From the NCBI RefSeq assembly GCF_006345805.1, contig NW_021831914.1, positions 1 through 34,045 on the forward strand: a stretch of 34,045 nt of DNA, read 5' to 3'. The notes under the pieces were generated by a model. The model made no database searches. It was given only the letters and a program-made list of their open reading frames with translations, and was not told the origin of the DNA. The translations under genes and the position numbers were made by a program. Positions 23,771-34,045 of this stretch are shown one piece after another (within the stretch, counting starts at the first letter, position 1; the number at the start of each line of letters is the position of its first letter). Source of the stretch: Octopus sinensis. Its lineage: Eukaryota.

Positions 23771-24060
23771 TTTTTAACCCCAAGAATTTGCAAGACTCTG
23801 ATTTTGCAACGGGCTAATGTGCTAGTTCCAAAATGTTGGGGTTAAAAATTTTATATATATTGCAAACAGGGGCGAGTTACTGCTATCTCAAGCAGACGAG
23901 GTGTCCAGTACTGAAGAGAGACGAAAGTAGTCGGAAATCAGACTGGTATGCGGGACTCGTCGTTAGAAGGTGGCTGGGGTTAGTTTCGCTGCTCGCAGTA
24001 TATCGGATGTAGCTGTGCATCATTAACCAGCTAGAGATGATGTCTTCTTGGGGTTAAAAA
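23771..24060 (+). mobile_element. Hammerhead-bearing small element with terminal direct repeat and 5' inverted end
   Basis: TTGGGGTTAAAAA at 23836-23848 and 24048-24060 (212-bp period). The inverted copy TTTTTAACCCCAAGAA is at 23771-23786. Hammerhead at 23895-23961. Confidence 0.55.
23895..23961 (+). ncRNA. Type I hammerhead ribozyme motif
   Basis: GACGA-GGU-GUCCAGUA CUGAAGA G-AGA-C GAAA GUAGUC-GGAAAUCA-GACUG GUA / UGCGGGAC-UCGUC. Core nucleotides are intact, stem I is bulged (12 of 13 pairs), stem II is 1 bp, and there is a G.G mismatch at 15.2-16.2. Confidence 0.65.
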
Positions 24061-24175
24061 ATCACAATAAATTCCGCTCGAACGGGACAGCCATGTTGAA
24101 GTGGCTATGAGCATTAATTGCTGGTACAACTACTGCGATGATCTCTTAGAGAGATTATAGAACTAGCTTTTTAGC

Positions 24176-24178
24176 TTC

Positions 24179-24267
<89 letters not shown>

Positions 24268-24272
24268 ATGTG

Positions 24273-24331
<59 letters not shown>

Positions 24332-24375
24332 ATGTATATATATATAGATATAGATATAGATATATGTATATATAT
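24176..24375. repeat. (TCTA)n tetranucleotide repeat
   Basis: Seen directly in the sequence. Confidence 0.95.
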
Positions 24376-24854
24376 TTAGACTTTGTATTTGGTTTGCAAG
24401 ATTCTTTATGTAAATTCGAGTGTTGAAGCATATTTTGTTGCTTCTGGGAAGAGTCATTCTGTTTTAAAGCCTTATTAATTGAAACATTCACCGGTTCAAT
24501 TTCCACTCATTTACTTATTTATTTTTTTCTTTAATGTTCGTTGCTTCTTGCGAACTCTTCAATTGTTTTGACTCTATCTGTTATCGGAGCTGCGCTCTAT
24601 CTGTTTGTTTGTTTGTGCACATGTCTGTGCTTCAGTCTGCATGTGTATACACATATGTATGTATGTGTGTAGGCCTGTATGAATATATGGATGTATGAAT
24701 ATGTGTGTGTGTGTGTGTGCATATATATATATATACATACGTGTATGTGCTCTGCATATTCATGTCTCTGTATTCATGCTTGTGTGTGTGTGCTTATGTT
24801 TTCTGTTCGTACTTCCTATGTACCAATTTTTCTACTTATCTTGTATATCCATTT

Positions 24855-24871
24855 ACCTACCTACCTACCTA

Positions 24872-24965
<94 letters not shown>
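24855..24965. repeat. (CCTA)n then long perfect (TA)n
   Basis: Seen directly in the sequence. Confidence 0.95.
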
Positions 24966-24967
<2 letters not shown>

Positions 24968-25336
24968 ATGCAGTGTACATTTAAACATATAAAAGGAATC
25001 CACCCATGGGCTTCATCACGCCAGAAAGAACAGCTAGGTTCCAGAACCACAAAATTAGGGATAAAATCCCGGAAGGAAAGAACTGAAAAATAAAGCTTTT
25101 ACCATCTAGTATCCTGGACCAATTGGTTTCTGATTTTAGTTTAGCAAATAAGATAATTTGCTAGGTAAAATTGTTATCAACAGGTACACCTCAGATTAAA
25201 TATATAAACAAGAGGCAATTAATTATATGCCTCTTGTGTATACATCCAACACTTTTGAACTCTACTGCTCAGGCGCAGATCCTTGTCGGCAATAAGAAAT
25301 TCCAACTATTAAATTAAAAAAATTATCGAAAATCTT

Positions 25337-25413
25337 TGTGAATACACTATTCAAAACTCTATACACACGTGTAGCATGCACGTGAGCATAGAGTTTTGAA
25401 TAGTGTATTCACA
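25337..25413. other. 77-nt hairpin with perfect 26-bp arms
   Basis: TGTGAATACACTATTCAAAACTCTAT (25337-25362) and its exact reverse complement (25388-25413). Confidence 0.9.
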
Positions 25414-25635
25414 TTCGGCCCTGTAAATTTTGGAAATGTTGGTTGGATATCTGTTACATGATAACACTCGTTTGTGTGCATATGCAACTAAAGCACTTTC
25501 AAATTTTATAAAATTGGAAATATTATACTGAAGGGAGTAGTAAGTAAAAATCAAATTACTTTAATCTCGAAACGCGTATACAAATAATCCTGGTCGTGTT
25601 GATTCATTGTTTTTCTCTTTGCCTTCGTAAAAAAG

Positions 25636-27830
<2,195 letters not shown>

Positions 27831-28751
27831 TGCATGCTTCTTTATACACATGTAATTTAACTGTCCCACATATAACAAGATACTAACACCAATAAATGAG
27901 TTAAATAAATAAATAAATAAATAAAAGAGTACGCAAATGGCGATAGAAATCCACATTACCTGTGTAATTTATCAATTACATTAACAACCCTCCTATATTT
28001 TCACCCAAATAATAACATGTATGTAATTATGCACCATAATACCTTAATATAGCATATGTATAAAATCTATGTCATACGTCTGCTCCGTATTGTTGTTAAC
28101 ATCCAAACATCCCATTGCAGTCTATTGTTGCTGTGTAGGTGTTAGAGTGTACTGCACTAATGCTGTGGAGTGCAGTTTGGTGTTATATAATGCACTTCAG
28201 TGGATATATACGAAATTGAAGTGCAATGTTACGCAGAATTTGTTGTGTGTTATCGTGGTCTGGCGGTGTCTTGATTACGAGGTTTCGTGCGCCAGTTATG
28301 TCGTACTTTCCCGCAATCTATTGCTTGTAACATCATAAGCGCAGGCCAAAAAATTAGTAGAATTTCTGTAAGGATGGTGGATTAAAGAGCTTGATTAGTG
28401 GTGCTTTCTTTGTATCGATTTCGATTAGTGTTTCTCAGTGTTTAGAATAAGTCCTACTCTAGTCTGTATCTGTGAAATGGTGGTTATAGCGGTAAGAATT
28501 TGGGGCGTGGGATTGCTGGATTAGGCGTACATAAAAAGCAGGTGAATGTTTATTTTCTATCTATCAATCTATTTTTCTATCTGTGTGTGTGTCCGTCTGT
28601 GTCTGTCTGTGTGTCTGTCCGTCTGTTTATCTCTCCTCTCTCTTTCTTTATCTTACACACACTCTCTCTTTCTCTTGCTCTCTCTCTCTCTCCACACACA
28701 CACATGTATATATATATACATATGCTTATATATGTATATATATATATATAG

Positions 28752-28787
<36 letters not shown>

Positions 28788-28961
28788 AGATTGATAGACA
28801 GATAAATAGGTAGATAGATAGATATCAAAATGGCGGTGGGGGTTTACCAAAAAATGTGTTGAGAGACGCTGATTGAGGTATTGCGATTTTACTACCACTC
28901 ATTCCACCAGCAGTGCTACCACCGCTACCAGCACCGCCACGACAAATAACAACAACACTTA

Positions 28962-29088
28962 CGAGGTCGAAAGTCGTAATTCCTCGGTCAATAAAATAAA
29001 TAATTGTCTACGACTTTGGTTCATTGAATCGATCCTTCTCTCCCCTCCCTCGCAAATCGCGCAGCCTTGTGCCTAAGTTTCAATCAAT
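28962..29088 (+). mobile_element. Very diverged family-B-type SINE 3' part
   Basis: GGTCAATAAAATAA..AATCGATCC..CCCCTCCC..GCCTTGTGCCTAAGTTTCAA. Confidence 0.5.
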
Positions 29089-29121
29089 TTGTTCAATATT
29101 CTATCACTTTTACATAAATTC

Positions 29122-29158
<37 letters not shown>

Positions 29159-29254
29159 CAGAATGTGCGTGAATATTTGTGTATGCGTGGATGTATTTAT
29201 TTATCACATATAATAATAATAATAATAATAATAATGATAATAATAATAATAATA

Positions 29255-29295
<41 letters not shown>

Positions 29296-29973
29296 CACAT
29301 CAGAAAGTTATAAGTGCAGAATCTGTGGACAAAACGTGAAACCGTATAGCATATTACCAGCAAATGTATGCTTCTAGCCCAGAAAGAATATAAGAGACGC
29401 CACAACAACATAACCAGGCTTGACCATTGGTCAACAATATGGACTTGACAGAGTAAAAAATTGGCACGATCATAAACCTGAAGGCATCGTTGAAAATAGA
29501 AATGCAAAGATCTTATGGGATTTTATGATTCAGTGCGACCATGAGATTGAGAATAGAAAGCTGGACATAGTCTTAATTGAGAAAGAAAACAAACTATGCT
29601 GGATCATAGATGTAGCATGCCCAACTGACAACAAGGTATGCGATAAGGAAGAAAGAAAAGTCGAGAGATATGACAGGCTAGCTTGGGAAGTTAAGCAGAT
29701 GTGGTCGATGAAAAAGGTAGTTGTAGTACCAATAATTGTCGGAGCCCTGGAAACAGTGACTAAAAATCTTGAGAAGTACATGCAACAAACAAGGGTTGCA
29801 GTAAGGGTGGAGCACTTGCAGAAAACAGCAGTGTTTGGAATCGCTCGAATATTCCGGAAGGTCCTCGAAAAAAAGAGGTGTTACCTTAGTTCACTGGTAG
29901 TGAACAGGTGACACCGTAGTATATCACCAGCGTTAGAAGCTGTGCAAATGCAACAACAACAACAACAATAATA
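29296..29973 (+). mobile_element. 5'-truncated R4/Dong-clade retrotransposon: zinc knuckle plus restriction-like endonuclease domain
   Basis: CRICGQ..ETV*HITSKC (CCHC, frameshifted), AQKEYKRRH, then ORF 29420-29911 with KILWDF.IQCDHEIENRKLDIV..IIDVACP..K.ERK..RY and LQKTA.FG.ARI.RKVLE. Flanked by (TAA)n(TGA)n at the 5' side and a (CAA)n(TAA) tail. Confidence 0.9.
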
Positions 29974-30234
29974 CAGATAAACATTGCACTCTCATAACAA
30001 CAAAAAAGAACACACGACGTGCTGGTAATTCGTTGAACTATTTTCAAATCTTCCAATTGCCTTAGGGAAAACTGTGAATATGATTGGTTTTTAGATGCTT
30101 GAAGTCAATGAGAGATTCAAACAGGAATTTGTGTGTGTGAGTGTGTGCGTGGATGTGTGAGTGTGTGCGTGGATGTGTGTGTGTGTTTGAATAGTTTGGT
30201 AAAATTAGTTGCAAAATTTTCCAATATATACTTT

Positions 30235-30444
30235 AAGATGGCGAGGTGGTAGAATCATTATCGCACCGGTAAAAAAAAAAAAAATGAAATAAAATAAAAA
30301 TTCTGAATTCAGATATCACCCGGATCCACTTTGCTTTTCATCTTTTCGCTATCGATAAAATAAGTACCACATGAACACTGGAGTCGATGCAATCAATCTA
30401 CCCCTCCCTTAAAACTACTGGACTTGCGCCAGAATTTGAAACCC
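30235..30444 (+). mobile_element. Old family-B-type SINE
   Basis: GGCGAGGTGGTAGAATC..CTTTGCTTTTCATC..TCGATAAAATAAGTACC..GGAGTCGATGCAATC..GAATTTGAAAC. Confidence 0.75.
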
Positions 30445-30869
30445 ATATCTTCCATTATAATAAACAGTTATTTACACTTAATGTGTTTGGGTTGTACTTG
30501 TATGCCTCAAATGTATGATAACTTCGGTGAAAATACGTTCCATTATTTGACTGTGAATTTATGTCTGATTTGTGTTAGTGAATTTGTTTGTATCATGAAA
30601 GTGGATTTAAATGACTGATAGTTAAGTAGTAGTGACTAAGTTTCAATATTTGTAAATACACATACACGTGTAAACCTACGCAGTCCTACAAAAGTAAAAT
30701 GTTGTTATATAATTGTGTGTGTGTGTGTGTGAGAGAGAGAATGTGCGTGAATATATGTGAATGCGTGGATGGTATATATATGCATACAAAATTGATATAT
30801 ATGTATATATATATATCTTAATTGATATATCTTAATTGATATATCTTAATATATATATATATCTTAATT

Positions 30870-31117
30870 GATTCCAAGCACTGCTGTTTTCTGCATGTGC
30901 TCCACCCTTACTGCAGCCCTTGTTTGTTGCATGTACTTCTCAAGATTTTTAGTCACTGTTCTCAGGGATCCGACAATCATCGACCACATCTGCTTAACTT
31001 CCTAAGCTAGCCTGTCATATCTCTCGACTTTTCTTTCTTCCTTATCGCATACCTTGTTGTCAGCTGGGCATGCTACATCTATGATCCAGCATAGTCTGTT
31101 TTCTTTCTCAATTAAGA
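30870..31117 (-). mobile_element. Inverted partial duplicate of the R4/Dong fragment (donor 29571-29842)
   Basis: Reverse-complement match with about 9 substitutions (counted by eye) and a 24-bp deletion. Confidence 0.92.
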
Positions 31118-31197
31118 TATATATATATATATATATTAAGATATATCAATTAAGATATAAATTGATATATACATATACATACACATTGATACATATA

Positions 31198-31235
<38 letters not shown>

Positions 31236-31277
31236 ATATATATGCATATACATACACATTGATACATACATACACAC

Positions 31278-31355
<78 letters not shown>

Positions 31356-31435
31356 CAGATGAATATGGTACTTAAGTTGAGGCACCGGAATTTCATACAG
31401 TATTGTCCATGAAATTTCAAAATAAGGTGATTAAA

Positions 31436-31783
31436 ATCAAAATAAGCAACAAGGATATCCAGAGGTATTGCAGTAAGATCGTTTCATGCAACTCCATCTA
31501 AATGAACAATGCAATCATTACATCAACCCTCATCTGCACAAAGAGATAGAGTAACTTCTATGCTGAAGTAGAGACAATATGTTTTTTGCCTATCTCCTTA
31601 AATTCTTGGAGATTTTAGGTATAATTATACTGATGCATCCATCTGTTCTAATTAAATTAAATTCCATGTCTTTGGGCAACTCTGCATTTTAAATTGCTGT
31701 AATAATTGCATACTTCAGTTAAATGGAGTTGCTTGAAACGATCGTCCTGCATTACTCCGGATATCCGTGTTGCTTATTTTGAT
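31436..31783. mobile_element. MITE with ~70-95-bp imperfect TIRs
   Basis: ATCAAAATAAGCAACA.GGATATCC..GATCGTTTCA.GCAACTCCAT at 31436 and its reverse complement ending at 31783. Confidence 0.8.
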
Positions 31784-31784
31784 A

Positions 31785-31824
<40 letters not shown>

Positions 31825-31835
31825 TTTCAGAATGA

Positions 31836-31914
31836 GATAAAAGACCAAGGCTGTGAAGATTTTGGCCTTCTATTTATAAATGTTCTAAAATCTTCACAGC
31901 CCTGGTTCTTTATC
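31836..31914. other. 79-nt hairpin with 28-bp arms
   Basis: GATAAAAGACCAAGGCTGTGAAGATTTT / AAAATCTTCACAGCCCTGGTTCTTTATC, with a 15-bp perfect core and a 23-nt spacer. Confidence 0.85.
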
Positions 31915-32105
31915 ACAATCTGAAATTTTTTTTTATATATACATATGCTGGTATATGACCTACGCTGGATTCCTTATTCGCATAATCACTGAACCTGGAG
32001 CTTAACTGTGATCTATCCATAGCATTTACTCAGCATTACCTGACATCTTTGGGTCTTACTGACACCGTTACCTCTCATAACCTCTCTCTCTTGTCTCTCT
32101 CTCTA

Positions 32106-32145
<40 letters not shown>

Positions 32146-32170
32146 CATACATACATGCATACATATATAT

Positions 32171-32725
32171 ATCATTTATCTTTTATCATTTATGGGTTTC
32201 AGCCAGAAACTGAGGCCATGCTGGTGCAGCGCCTTTCCTGCGTCCAGGGATTTTTCCAGTATTGCTTCTGATGAAGTAGCGAGTTGGACGTTGACGTTCT
32301 TCTTTGTGCCTCCTGCCCCGATATAGGTTCATCCGGAATTGCAGATAAAAAGCTGTCTAGACGTTTTTTGAAGACTTTCATATCTACACCTTGCAGGTCC
32401 CTGATGTTCTCTGGTAGAGCATTAAGAAGTTGTGGTCTCTTGAATTCCAAACTATTACAATATTAGGTTCGTATCCGCGATGGAGATGGGACCTTTGGTA
32501 CTGTGAAGTACCGTCTAGGTAGGGAATTGTTGTAGATTTCAATTCCGAAATTTGGAGCCAGACCCTCCATTTTTTTCCACATGCATAGCACTGTATATCT
32601 CTTACATCTCCCCTCAAGGGATTAGAGTCTCAGTTCCCTCAATCTCTCCCTGTAGCCCATGTGTTTTACTGAGTTTAGCTTCTTTGTGAAGTGGCGTTAA
32701 ATCGCTTCTAGTTCCGCAACAAGAA
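32171..32725 (-). mobile_element. CR1-group LINE 3' end (ORF2 C-terminus plus 3' tail)
   Basis: Reads ELEAI*RHFTKKL..MGYRERLRELRL*SLEGR..RY..MEGLAPNFGI..YCNSLEFKRPQLLNALPENIRDL..FKKRLDSFLSAIPDEP, matching the CR1-type LE.IQR.FTK..Y.ERL..L.L.SLE.R / FK..LD.FL pattern. Confidence 0.85.
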
Positions 32726-33200
32726 AAACATTTTCTTTGCCAATATGCTGAAAAAAGGCGCTACATTGTCTAACCACATAGACTTGCTACAGAACTGCAG
32801 AAGGTTGCTATAGAATTTCGATTTGGATATATATGGGGTACTTAAATGTATGCCTGACCTTGCATCTACTTTTCCGTGGGTATTTTTTGTATTTTCTTTT
32901 AGTGTTCTTCGCTGATGAAAGAAAAATCCTTTTTGGACTAATCTAGAAATTGGGAGCTATAACTATATTTATATGAATTTCTGTTAGCTTGCTTTCCTCG
33001 ATTCCGCACATGGTGTAATAATACAAGTAAATATATTTTATGTGGTTAAGACGATTTAGTGTCCATTTTCCATATTGGCACAGAAATATTTTCTTGTTGC
33101 CTTTATTTATAATTGTATGTATAGTTTTCACCATAAAAGGTATTTTTCATATGGTGGCCACTGATAAAAGTTTTAATAAAATTAAATGTTATATTAGAAG

Positions 33201-33490
33201 TATATATATATAGTGAGAATTTACAAAAAACAAAACAAAACAAAAAATGAAGACGGATGGGTAAACAACAAACAGATGTATTAGTTTAACGCTCGGGAAG
33301 TGAGAAAGTCTTTCACGTATCGAGCCTACGCTCTTCTACAGAAAGGAACACAGAAATGAACAGGGAGAGAAAATTGAAAAAGATTTAGTGGCTTGCGATC
33401 TATCATGGCGAGTGCCAAACAGAGGGATCACACAGGAGAGCTAGGAAGAAGGGGAGATAATAAAGTAGTGGTGATCCCAAAACGAAGGTG
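33201..33490 (-). mobile_element. Probable Penelope-like element terminal-repeat remnant with degenerate hammerhead-like motif
   Basis: Minus strand CUUU CUGUAGA A GAGC-GUAG-GCUC GAUA CGUG AAAG at 33309-33345, ending in (TA)n. The layout resembles the CTGANGA-N-stem-GAAACG motifs of Penelope pLTRs. Confidence 0.55.
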
Positions 33491-33689
33491 CCCATGCATG
33501 TGTATGTGAGAGCATGTACGTTGCATGTGGATGGGGGACGGTGACCGTGACGTGTGCTTGTGTGCATGTGTAGGTGTGTGGATGATGGTGTAGGTGCTAG
33601 GAAGTTTTCAGTACTTATTCTATCGGTCTCTTTTGCTATATGGCTCTTTGCATAGTAACACATAACACTACATTTCTTTGTATCTTTCT

Positions 33690-33728
33690 TCCAATATATA
33701 TATATATATGTATGTGTGTGTATCTATA

Positions 33729-33800
<72 letters not shown>

Positions 33801-33801
33801 C

Positions 33802-33864
<63 letters not shown>

Positions 33865-33897
33865 CCTTATCTCTCTCTCTCTGTATATATATAATAT

Positions 33898-33952
<55 letters not shown>

Positions 33953-33975
33953 TATAGATATATATTATATATATC
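33690..33975. repeat. (TCTA)n/(TA)n block
   Basis: Seen directly in the sequence. Confidence 0.95.
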
Positions 33976-34045
33976 GGTATATAATTATTTCCTCTGTAAT
34001 CTTTTTATTGCTATAATTGTTGTCGCTGTCATCGTCATTGATGCA

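Overview
AT-rich, microsatellite-dense eukaryotic non-coding DNA (intergenic or a very large intron). The SINE, LINE and MITE repertoire most resembles an Octopus (coleoid cephalopod) genome; this is an inference from recalled repeat families, not a database result. No host protein-coding gene could be confidently identified, and nearly all supplied ORFs are microsatellite or SINE artefacts. Recognisable content: about 20 tRNA-derived SINE copies or fragments in three families; R4/Dong-type (RLE) retrotransposon 3' ends next to (TAA)n; CR1-like and RTE-like LINE 3' ends; Tc1 and mariner transposase fossils; several MITEs and hairpins; and a Penelope-like remnant. The most notable signal is a set of type I hammerhead ribozyme motifs not shown by the ORF track. 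Two of them (7079-7144 minus, 23895-23961 plus) are each followed about 80 nt after the predicted cleavage site by the same ~34-nt box, and each is associated with an inverted duplication. This suggests a small hammerhead-bearing (retrozyme or Penelope-type) non-autonomous retroelement family. All alignments and folds were done by eye.
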